DNA from: Archangiaceae bacterium
Lineage (GTDB): Bacteria; Myxococcota; Myxococcia; Myxococcales; Myxococcaceae
Reading direction: 5' to 3'
DNA length: 15,654 nt
NCBI GenBank assembly: GCA_043750125.1
Contig: JAYVCD010000230.1
Coordinates: 1-15,654 of the forward strand
Shown: piece by piece, positions 1 through 7,218 of the stretch
How positions within the stretch are numbered: position 1 is the first letter of the stretch
How the letters are laid out: each line of letters starts with the position of its first letter
Program-made: the position numbers and the translations under genes
Notes under the pieces: generated by a model
What the model was told of the DNA's origin: nothing
The model's database searches: none
What the model saw: only the letters and a program-made list of their open reading frames with translations

Positions 1-286
1 CCGCGGTCACCGTCTGGATCGACCACCGCAAGACACCCGGAACGATCGTGATCTGCGGAATGCTCGAGGCCGGAAGCGCGCTGCGGACATCGACGAAAGC
101 GCCCTTGCTGAGCACGATCACCCGCGTCGGGTCGCCCGTCGCCCCAAGCATTCGCCACACGCCGCCACCAATCGCGCCGATCGCGGCCAGAGAAAACGAC
201 ACCAGGGCCATGCTCACCAGAAGCAGCGCGGTGACCAGGCGTCGCGAAAGCAGGCCCCGAACCACGTAGATGAACAGGGGAGACAT
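1..286 (-). CDS. ABC transporter permease, FtsX/MacB family (N-terminal part; runs off the window start)
   Basis: Not in the ORF track. My translation from ATG at 286 is MSPLFIYVVRGLLSRRLVTALLLVSMALVSFSLAAIGAIGGGVWRMLGATGDPTRVIVLSKGAFVDVRSALPASSIPQI..., open to position 1. It has the basic 'LLSRR' + TM1 + 'GDPTRVIVLSKGA' pattern typical of MacB-type permease N-termini. The ATG directly follows the TGA of the upstream permease. Confidence 0.85.
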   Translation of the reverse strand, partial: MSPLFIYVVRGLLSRRLVTALLLVSMALVSFSLAAIGAIGGGVWRMLGATGDPTRVIVLSKGAFVDVRSALPASSIPQITIVPGVLRWSIQTVTA

Positions 287-1423
287 TCAAGCGCCTCGCA
301 GCGCATTCAGGGGGTTTGCATACGACGCACGCAGCGCAGGAATCAGCGACAGCGCCGTCCCCAACAACAGGCCGAACGCGGCGGAAATCAGGCAGACGTC
401 CCACGACACGACGACGTTGAACGCGATGACGTGAAGCCCATACCTGAAGAGCAGAAAGGGGATGAGGCAGCCCCAAAGGACCCCCGGAGCCGCAAGCAGC
501 AACGACTCAGCCACGATCATCCGAAACAAATCTCCCCGCTCGAACCCAATCGCCCGCAACGTCGCCAACTCGAGCCGCCGTTCGTCGATCGAAAGCGAGA
601 TGAAGGTCAGCATCACGACGATCACCAGGAACACGGCGAGCAGCCCGGTTCCGCGGATGACCGAGATGGCGAGGGCCGCTCCGCCGTAGATCATCGACTT
701 GGTCTCTTCCATCTTCCAGTACACGAAGGGGCGTCCTGGAAACTCCGTCCGCAACTGCTGCATCACGAGCTCCCGGGCCTCGACGCTGTCGGCGAGAATC
801 CAAGTGGCCCACGAAGTGAGCGGCTTGTTCAAGTACGACTCGACGTAGTCCGGGTGAACGTAGATCGGCTCGAAGTCGCCCATTCGGTTGTTCACGACCG
901 CGCTGATGACGAACTCAGGGTCTTTGAGGCCCTTCTCTTTGTACTCGGGCCAGAGCGGGAGCGTCACCGACTGACCTTCTTTCCAATTCATCCGCTCGGC
1001 CGTGGGCAGGGTGACGATGATCCCATTTCTGATCCGCTCCCACTTCTCGAACTGCTGAGGGGAGACGATCGTCTGGTCGCGCCAGATCTTGATGTAACTG
1101 GAAGTGGTCGCGTCGCAGACCGAGGACTGATGTTGGTTTTCTTTGGTCGAACAGCCGCCTTCCGTCATGAACCCCATGCTCTCGACGTGCGGCAGCCGCT
1201 CGATGCGCTTGAGCTCGGCCCTCGAGAACGAAGCCTTCTGAGCCCACGCCCCGACCCGGAAGACCCTTCGATCGAAGTCGTCGGTCTGGGTCCAGCGCAG
1301 GGCGGTCTCGACCCCTACCAACATCGTCACCAGCGCGAACAGCACCGTCGTCGGAGCAACGATGTAGAGCAACGACCAGCGTCGACGAATGAAGCTGATC
1401 CAGGCCAACCGCAACGTGCTCAT
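287..1423 (-). CDS. ABC transporter permease, FtsX/MacB family
   Basis: N-terminal 'LRLAWISFIRRRWS' + TM, a large periplasmic domain, the FtsX signature 'SIDERRLELATLRAIGF...IVAESLLLA', further TMs and C-terminal 'PALRASYANPLNALR'. Start placed at ATG 1423 (MSTLRLAW); the ORF track extends to 1507. Confidence 0.92.
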   Translation of the reverse strand: MSTLRLAWISFIRRRWSLLYIVAPTTVLFALVTMLVGVETALRWTQTDDFDRRVFRVGAWAQKASFSRAELKRIERLPHVESMGFMTEGGCSTKENQHQSSVCDATTSSYIKIWRDQTIVSPQQFEKWERIRNGIIVTLPTAERMNWKEGQSVTLPLWPEYKEKGLKDPEFVISAVVNNRMGDFEPIYVHPDYVESYLNKPLTSWATWILADSVEARELVMQQLRTEFPGRPFVYWKMEETKSMIYGGAALAISVIRGTGLLAVFLVIVVMLTFISLSIDERRLELATLRAIGFERGDLFRMIVAESLLLAAPGVLWGCLIPFLLFRYGLHVIAFNVVVSWDVCLISAAFGLLLGTALSLIPALRASYANPLNALRGA

Positions 1424-1531
1424 GAAGGTCCCGAAAAAATCCGCGCGCTCACTCGAGCAGCCCTGCGCTCGAAGTCCAGTGGCCAAATCATCGAGGAAAA
1501 GTACCACGGTGCCCCAGGCATCACCGAGCTT

Positions 1532-2404
1532 TCAGAAGGAAGCGTTGCTCATCCGAACGTGAATTCTTCGAGTGGGATCGGTGAAGGGCATCCGTCCGTG
1601 CATCATGCGGGTGTTGTCGATGAGCAGGACCTCGCCGGCACGCCATTTGATCGGTTCGGTGAGGTCGTGGGCGAGCGCAAGCAGGTCCCACTTCAGCTCT
1701 TCGGTGATGGGTTCCCCGTCCTCGAAAAACATCGAGCATTGATCGTGGACGATCACGCTGTTCACGAACGCCAGCTCGGTTCCCCAGCGCGTGGGCAGCG
1801 CCGCGTCGGTGACGTACTCGATGTCGATGGTGCCATCGGTGTTGAGCCGGTGGCTCACCCCCTCGAGCTTGCCCAGCGCCTGCGAGGCTTCAGTCGCGCC
1901 AGTCCAGGCGCCGGTATAAACGGGCCACACATTCCGGTCTGCCCGGGGAAATGAGTACTTGATCCGTTTCTTCGAGAAGCGCGCCTTGAGCTCAGCTCCC
2001 ATTTTCGACCACAGCTCCACCCCGTCAGCCAGAAACGTCTCGCCGCCCTTCGACGCCGGATGAACGCACAAAAACCAGAGCAACTCGGGCCGCAGCGGGC
2101 TGTAGCTGAGCTCGCAGTGATGGCCGACCAGCTTGTTGCCGAGGTTGACGGTGCTGGTCCGACCCTCATCGGAGACCATGTCGCGGTGCGAGCCCGCGTG
2201 CAGGTTTGTGACAAACGAATGGCCGAAACTTTCCGTCAGCGTCTTGAACCCATCACCGTCGATCTCGAAGCCACTGAACAGGACGGCCCCTGACGTTTTC
2301 AGAAGCTCGATGATCTCGGGTCGCGGCAGTGCACTCACGGTCGCGGCGCCACGCGCGCGGACCACGGTGCCCCAGCGACGGGTCAGAGGCGCGGCGTCGA
2401 ACAT
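1532..2404 (-). CDS. TauD/TfdA (clavaminate synthase/SyrP-like) Fe(II)/2-oxoglutarate-dependent dioxygenase
   Basis: H-x-E motif 'HCELSY...PELLWFLCVHPASKGGETFLADG', distal His and 2OG-binding Arg region 'WRAGEVLLIDNTRMMHGRMPFTDPTRRI'. Starts 6 nt after the cyclodeaminase stop, with GGGA as SD. Confidence 0.93.
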   Translation of the reverse strand: MFDAAPLTRRWGTVVRARGAATVSALPRPEIIELLKTSGAVLFSGFEIDGDGFKTLTESFGHSFVTNLHAGSHRDMVSDEGRTSTVNLGNKLVGHHCELSYSPLRPELLWFLCVHPASKGGETFLADGVELWSKMGAELKARFSKKRIKYSFPRADRNVWPVYTGAWTGATEASQALGKLEGVSHRLNTDGTIDIEYVTDAALPTRWGTELAFVNSVIVHDQCSMFFEDGEPITEELKWDLLALAHDLTEPIKWRAGEVLLIDNTRMMHGRMPFTDPTRRIHVRMSNASF

Positions 2405-2410
2405 AGTCCC

Positions 2411-3535
2411 CTACCGCTTGGCGAGCCCGGCTACCGACCGCAGGCCCGCGCTCGCCTCTTCGGCTTCGACCACTGAATAGGGATCCAAGGGGTCGGAGGG
2501 CATGGCCTCGATCGCAAGCGCGGTGCCCAGGCCCAGGCGCGCCGCGTGCGCGAGAATCATCTCGAGCACCACCTTGTCTTCGAGCGCGAACCCGGTCGAA
2601 TCGAACAACGTCAATTTTTCGCGGTATTCGGTGAACCGGTCTGGAGTCTTGACCAGCTGCGCGAGGCTGGGGCCAATCAGATCGTCGGGAATCTGCTGGC
2701 ATTCCCCTTCGAGCATCGCCTGGGGGCGAAAGTCTGGGCAGACCAGGGCGCGCTCGACCACCTCGCGCGGACATTCGGTTTTTCCAGGGACGTCCGAGCC
2801 GACCGAGTTGATGTGCACCCATGGCTTGAGATCCCGACCCTCGAAAACCGGCCCTTTCCCGACGGGCACGCTGGTGGCGGTCACCAGAATGTCGGCCTCG
2901 GCCTCGATCGTCTTGAGCTCCTCGGGCCGGACCTCGAGCTTCAGGAAGGCAACCCGCTGAGCAAACGACTTCTTCGCCGCCGGGTCAGTATCGTGAACCA
3001 GCACCTTGTCGATCGTGCACACCCTCGAGAGCGCATGCAGCTGGGTGACCGCCTGGGCCCCGCAGCCAATCATCCCCACAGTGCGGCTTTTGGGGTGGGC
3101 CAGAATCCGGGTGGCGATCGCTGAAGCCGCCCCGGTGCGCAACGCAGTGAGAAACACCCCGTCGGAAAGCGCCATCAGGTGACCGGTCTGGACGTCGTAC
3201 TGGCTGGTGGTCGCCAGAATGGTCGGGATCCCGTGCTCCCTTGGGTTGTTGGGGTTGTAGCTGACCGTCTTGATGATCGCCGTTCCCCCCAGTTCCATCA
3301 CCGGCATCCACTCGAGCAGGCCGCCGGTCAGCTCTTGAGGAGCGCCCCGCGCGATCCCGCTTCCCCGCCGCCGGTCGTAGTTGAACCCGTCGCGCTTGCG
3401 GACCTCTGTGATGCGCGAGTCGTAGTTGCGCAGCGCCTCGGTGAGCGCGGTGATCAGCTCGTCCATCAAACCGTCGCGTCCGACCTCGGTGACGATCCGT
3501 GCGATGTCGCTTCGGGCAACCACCAACGTATTCAT
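2411..3535 (-). CDS. Ornithine cyclodeaminase/mu-crystallin family protein, most like L-lysine cyclodeaminase (RapL/PipA/TubZ type, pipecolate-forming)
   Basis: Motifs 'EWMP', 'KTVSYNP', 'LTALRTGAASA', NAD-binding 'IGCGAQAVTQLHALSRV', 'TATSVPVGKGP', 'EGECQQ', 'FDSTG' and C-terminal 'DPLDPYS', plus N-terminal 'VGRDGLMDELI', resemble RapL-type lysine cyclodeaminases as I recall them. Start ATG 3535 has AAAGGT upstream; the ORF-track extension to 4039 overlaps the opposite-strand gene. Confidence 0.9.
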   Translation of the reverse strand: MNTLVVARSDIARIVTEVGRDGLMDELITALTEALRNYDSRITEVRKRDGFNYDRRRGSGIARGAPQELTGGLLEWMPVMELGGTAIIKTVSYNPNNPREHGIPTILATTSQYDVQTGHLMALSDGVFLTALRTGAASAIATRILAHPKSRTVGMIGCGAQAVTQLHALSRVCTIDKVLVHDTDPAAKKSFAQRVAFLKLEVRPEELKTIEAEADILVTATSVPVGKGPVFEGRDLKPWVHINSVGSDVPGKTECPREVVERALVCPDFRPQAMLEGECQQIPDDLIGPSLAQLVKTPDRFTEYREKLTLFDSTGFALEDKVVLEMILAHAARLGLGTALAIEAMPSDPLDPYSVVEAEEASAGLRSVAGLAKR

Positions 3536-3566
3536 CGGCACCTTTCCACGCGATCGACGGTGCTCA

Positions 3567-3575
3567 AACCTAGCA
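3567..3575 (-). promoter_or_regulatory. Possible extended -10 element (TGC-TAGGTT) for the cyclodeaminase-dioxygenase-permease operon
   Basis: The minus strand reads TGCTAGGTT (TGn + TANNNT) about 30 nt upstream of the ATG, in the divergent intergenic region. Motif match only. Confidence 0.3.
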
Positions 3576-3701
3576 GACCGGTCGCTTTCTCCGGACGGAA
3601 TGACGGCCTTCCTTGTGGGGCAAGGTGGGCGGTCGATCGCCAACAGCCCGGTATATGTTTGGGCCGAACGAAGTCGGCGCCCCCTGGAGTAGCCGCTGCC
3701 C

Positions 3702-4901
3702 ATGACTGAAGCAGAACGGACTGGAGCGCTGGAACAGGCGGGGCTCAACGTCCTCAATCTGGACCCCAACGAGATCGCCCTGGATCTGCTGACGGACGTC
3801 CCAGCACGCATCTGCGTGGCCGAGGTGGCAGCGGCAACCGCCCGGGCCGCTCGGGGGGGAGCACCCAGCCCCGATCTGCAGGCACTCGCCGAACGCCTGT
3901 ACGGCCCCGCGCGGTACGTCTTTTCCGCCAAGGGCAGATCCGCCGAATTGGCCCTGGTCGCGGCCGCCGTCGAGCCGGGGTCGACGGTCTTGACCCACGG
4001 CCTGTTCCGCACCACGGCGCGCGCGCTCACCGAACGCAAAGCGACCCTCGAAATGATTCCTCGCCGCGCCTCGGACCATGGCCGCGCCGACGTTGATCTC
4101 GAGTGGCTGTCCGCTCGACTGGCCCAGGGAAGAGTCGACGCCGTCTACCTCGAGCCGAGCAACAACGCGCTCGGCGGGTGGCCGCTCTCGCTCGAGAACG
4201 CCGAGGCGGTGGCAGCCGCTTGCCGCACAGCGAGCTGCCGCCTGCTGCTCGACGCGACCCGGCTGCTCTCCAATGTCTGCGCGCTCGGACTGCCCATCGG
4301 GGAGACCACAAAACGTTTCATCGCGCTGGCCGATGGCTTTACCGTCAGCTGCGCGAAAGAGCTGCTGGTCCCCCTGGGTTCACTGGTCGGTGTTCGAGAT
4401 CTGCCGACCCAGCGAAAAGTCTGGTCCCACTGCTTCGAAGAAGGGACGTTGCTTGATCCGCTCGAGGCGAAGGTCGCGCTCGCCAGCGGCATCGAGGCCA
4501 CTCTGGATTTTCGGCATCTGAAGTCGCGCGCCCGCCAACTCAAAATGCTCGCCGACGAGCTTCGCGCCCGCGAGATTCCCTTCCTCGAACCGATCGGGGC
4601 CCACGCCGTCTACGTGGTCGTGGGGCCGCAGTTGGGCGAAGGCCCGTTGCGCTCACACGCGCTGCAAGGACTGCTGTACCGAGCCGGTGGAGTGCGGGCG
4701 CTGATTCATGGCAACCCCATTCTCAAGACCCGGCTGATGCGGCTGACCCTCACGCTTGGCAGATTCAGCGATCAAGACATCACCTCGATCGCTCAGGCCG
4801 TGAAGGCACTTTTCGAGCGCGCCTTCGAGGCGCCCGAGCTTGAGGCCCGCCCCGGAGACAGCGTTCACGAGGCGTACTTCTCACGCTACGCCCGGGCTTG
4901 A
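3702..4901 (+). CDS. Divergent tryptophanase/tyrosine phenol-lyase-like PLP-dependent enzyme (beta-eliminating lyase family)
   Basis: '[20 protein letters not shown]' (cf. AGYNTFLL..IYIDLLTD), 'KGRSAE' (QGRGAE), '[13 protein letters not shown]' (NLAGGQPVSMAN), 'LDATR', PLP-lysine motif 'SCAKE' (K219; cf. SGKKD/SAKKD), 'PIGAHAVYV' and 'MRLTL'. GGAG upstream. Confidence 0.85.
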   Translation: MTEAERTGALEQAGLNVLNLDPNEIALDLLTDVPARICVAEVAAATARAARGGAPSPDLQALAERLYGPARYVFSAKGRSAELALVAAAVEPGSTVLTHGLFRTTARALTERKATLEMIPRRASDHGRADVDLEWLSARLAQGRVDAVYLEPSNNALGGWPLSLENAEAVAAACRTASCRLLLDATRLLSNVCALGLPIGETTKRFIALADGFTVSCAKELLVPLGSLVGVRDLPTQRKVWSHCFEEGTLLDPLEAKVALASGIEATLDFRHLKSRARQLKMLADELRAREIPFLEPIGAHAVYVVVGPQLGEGPLRSHALQGLLYRAGGVRALIHGNPILKTRLMRLTLTLGRFSDQDITSIAQAVKALFERAFEAPELEARPGDSVHEAYFSRYARA

Positions 4902-4928
4902 TTCCCGCTCAGCAGCACCAAAGTCGGT

Positions 4929-5624
4929 TCAGGAGTTCGCCGACTCTCTGAAGACCAGGCCCTTCTCGAGGTGGAGCACCCGGTTGGCGCGCTTGGCGGC
5001 CTTCGGGTCGTGGGTCACCATCACGATCGTCTTCCCGAGCTTCTTGTTGAGCAGCAGCAACAGCTCGAGGATCTCATCGGCCGACTTGGCATCGAGATCG
5101 CCCGTCGGCTCGTCGGCGAGGATCACCGTCGGGTCGGCAATGATGCTGCGCGCGATCGCCACCCGTTGTTCCTGGCCACCGGACAACATGCTGGGAAAGT
5201 GCTTCGAGCGATCCGACAGGCCGACCAATTCGAGCGCGGTCTGGACCCGACGGCGGCGCTCCTTGCTGCTGAGCTTGAAGAGCAACAGCGGCACTTCGAC
5301 ATTTTGTGCCGCGTTCAATACGGCCAGCAGGTGGTAGCGCTGAAAAATGAAGCCGACATGGTTGCTGCGCCATTTGCACAGCGCGCTGTCGCTCATCGTG
5401 GCTGGCTCGTAGCTTCCAATCGAAACCTTGCCCGACGAGGGGCGGTCGAGCCCAGCGATCAGATTCAATAGCGAACTCTTGCCCGAGCCCGAAGGGCCCA
5501 TCAACGCGACAAAATCTCCCGCCGGAACGTTCAGGTTCACTCCATCGAGAACCTTGATCTGCTGGTCGCCTCGCACGAACGACTTGGTGACCTGCTCGAA
5601 CTTGACGGGAAGCGCTTCGGCCAT
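4929..5624 (-). CDS. ABC transporter ATP-binding protein, LolD/MacB-NBD-like
   Basis: Walker [10 protein letters not shown]-loop 'VGFIFQ', signature LSGGQEQR, Walker B '[11 protein letters not shown]', H-loop 'VMVTHD'. Strong SD GGAGGAG 7 nt upstream. Confidence 0.96.
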   Translation of the reverse strand: MAEALPVKFEQVTKSFVRGDQQIKVLDGVNLNVPAGDFVALMGPSGSGKSSLLNLIAGLDRPSSGKVSIGSYEPATMSDSALCKWRSNHVGFIFQRYHLLAVLNAAQNVEVPLLLFKLSSKERRRRVQTALELVGLSDRSKHFPSMLSGGQEQRVAIARSIIADPTVILADEPTGDLDAKSADEILELLLLLNKKLGKTIVMVTHDPKAAKRANRVLHLEKGLVFRESANS

Positions 5625-5730
5625 TTCTGGGCTCCTCCATCGGCTTGGGCCGACGAATGCGACCCGCGCACTTTGTCAGTTCCCCTCTGAGGTTCCAACA
5701 GTTCTTCCCCCTCCCCGCCGCACATTTCGT

Positions 5731-5874
5731 CGCGCCGTCCGACCGGCGTTTCCCGCCTTCCGACCGGCGTTTCCCGCCTTCCGACCGGCGTTCCGCGCCG
5801 TCCGACCGGCGTTTCCCGCCGCCCAACCGGCGTTCAGCGCCGTCCGACCGGCGTTTCCCGCCGCCCGACCGGCG
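5731..5874. repeat. 21-bp tandem repeat, about 6.9 copies, consensus CCGACCGGCGTT(TCC/CCG/CAG)CGCC(TT/GT/GC)
   Basis: Full units start at 5739, 5760, 5781, 5802, 5823 and 5844, with partial units at 5731 and 5865. The first 12 bp are nearly invariant (one G>A). Lies between divergent genes. Confidence 0.95.
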
Positions 5875-6042
5875 GGACGATGTGTGCGGCCCCGGCACCG
5901 CCTCAATCGTCCTCCCCGTTCGAGCAACCAATCTGATGTGGGCAACGGGGCCATGGTACGGTTCGGGAAATCGATTTTCGGCAGATCCGCGCCATGGGCT
6001 CATCGCCTCCGCTGTGGAAAAGTCGTTGAAGAGGGCAAACCT

Positions 6043-7215
6043 TTGCGTTCACTTTCTTTGCTGGGATCCGCCGCGCTGCTTCTCCTGGCCCTCGCCGCAA
6101 CGGGCTGCTCGGATAAGGACAACGACAATCCAGGCGCCGACTGCCCCCACATGGCGGGCAGGCTCTGCGACGGAGGTCGGGAGTTCATCGACGAAGATGC
6201 GGGGACGATCGTCCGGCGCGACGGCGGCGGCGAGTTGCTGTGGGGCGAGGGCGCCCTGCTCGCGATCTCGACCTCCATCCCCGGGCAGGAAAAGTTGGTG
6301 CTCTACGACATCGATGCCGACAAGCGGGTCACCATCAACTACGCCGACATCAACCTCGGAATGGGGCTCGCCGGCGTCACCCAGGGCCTCACCTGGAACG
6401 CCGCTCGCACCTATCTGTACATTGCTCAGAGCGGACCCAACTCGGTCCTCTTCTTCAGCATGGGCACCAAAGACATCGCCTGGGACTACCCGTTTTCGGA
6501 CACCACCCAGCTGAGCCGACCCATTCTCAGCGCAGACAACAAGAGCCTTTATCTCGCCAGCTCGACCGACAAGGCTTTGTACAAGATAGACGTCCCCGGA
6601 AGGCTGCTGGCGCAGAAAGTCAAAGACACCGATGTGCCCGCACTGTCCTCACCCATCTCGGTCTCGTACGGGGCGGGCTCGGTGTTGGTGGGCTCGGCCC
6701 TCGGAAACCGTCTGCTCGCGTTCAACGACTCGACCACCCTCTCGTACGATACCGCCAAGTCCGTCGATCTGGTGGACGGCGCGAACCAGGGTGCCGGCCC
6801 GACCAGCTGCATCGCCACCAAAGACGCCGCCTTCTACTGCGCGGCCTCAGGAGCGGGCGCGGGCATCTGGTACGTGAAGCCCGGCAGCCCGGCGAAGCTG
6901 GTCATTCCGGGCGTCACCTCGGTGAGCGCAATGGCGCTCTCGTCGCTGAACGAGAAGCTCTGGGTCGGCACCGGCAGCAGCCTGAACGCCTACTGGATTG
7001 CCCGTGACCCGCAGGCCCCGTTGTTCCTGGGCAGCGTGGCGGCAGGCGCGCCAATCTTCGACATCGCCAGCTCTGCCGACGGGCTGTGGGTCTTCGCTTC
7101 CGTGCCGACCGCGGACGCGCTGCTCAAGGTCCGCTCGACCGACCTGAAGCTGGTCAAGACCTTCACTGACCTGGGCCGACCCCGAGCGCTGGCGGTTGGG
7201 CCGTTCCCCAATTAG
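6043..7215 (+). CDS. Lipoprotein with YncE/YVTN-like beta-propeller
   Basis: TTG at 6043 preceded by GAGGG gives the signal peptide 'MRSLSLLGSAALLLLALAATG-C' (lipobox). Repeated blade motifs ('LSADNKSLYLAS', 'IASSADGLWVFAS', 'TYLYIAQSGPNSV', 'PRALAV'). The start is uncertain (ATG 5953 is an alternative). Confidence 0.75.
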   Translation: MRSLSLLGSAALLLLALAATGCSDKDNDNPGADCPHMAGRLCDGGREFIDEDAGTIVRRDGGGELLWGEGALLAISTSIPGQEKLVLYDIDADKRVTINYADINLGMGLAGVTQGLTWNAARTYLYIAQSGPNSVLFFSMGTKDIAWDYPFSDTTQLSRPILSADNKSLYLASSTDKALYKIDVPGRLLAQKVKDTDVPALSSPISVSYGAGSVLVGSALGNRLLAFNDSTTLSYDTAKSVDLVDGANQGAGPTSCIATKDAAFYCAASGAGAGIWYVKPGSPAKLVIPGVTSVSAMALSSLNEKLWVGTGSSLNAYWIARDPQAPLFLGSVAAGAPIFDIASSADGLWVFASVPTADALLKVRSTDLKLVKTFTDLGRPRALAVGPFPN

Positions 7216-7218
7216 CCC

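Noticed and set aside
431-1954. 507-aa plus-strand ORF
   Set aside because: Antisense shadow of the permease and dioxygenase genes; no recognisable motifs. Long shadow ORFs are expected at high GC.
3602-3634. Imperfect hairpin (GACGGCC..CCTTG-TGGGG-CAAGG..GGGCGGTC) as a riboswitch or terminator
   Set aside because: Short, mismatched and without a U-tract. The 166-bp intergenic region shows no recognisable lysine-riboswitch or T-box consensus.
3536-4039. 168-aa N-terminal extension of the cyclodeaminase ORF
   Set aside because: Overlaps the opposite-strand PLP enzyme and is low-complexity Ala/Arg/Ser. Family similarity and an SD begin at ATG 3535.
3702-4901. Assigning the symbol tnaA or tpl
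   Set aside because: Key catalytic and substrate-binding segments appear missing, so orthology and function cannot be supported.
5731-5874. Possible CRISPR array
   Set aside because: Units are contiguous 21-mers with no unique 25-45 bp spacers, and no cas genes are in the window.
5676-5954. Repeat-encoded peptide as a RiPP precursor
   Set aside because: No leader motif, no clear SD and no RiPP maturase in the window. Several frames are open simply because the unit length is a multiple of 3. Kept only as a low-weight alternative in the findings.
5428-6042. N-terminal extension of the 595-aa ORF through the tandem repeat
   Set aside because: Overlaps the ATPase antisense and reads through the repeat. 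The lipoprotein signal peptide only makes sense with a start near 6043.
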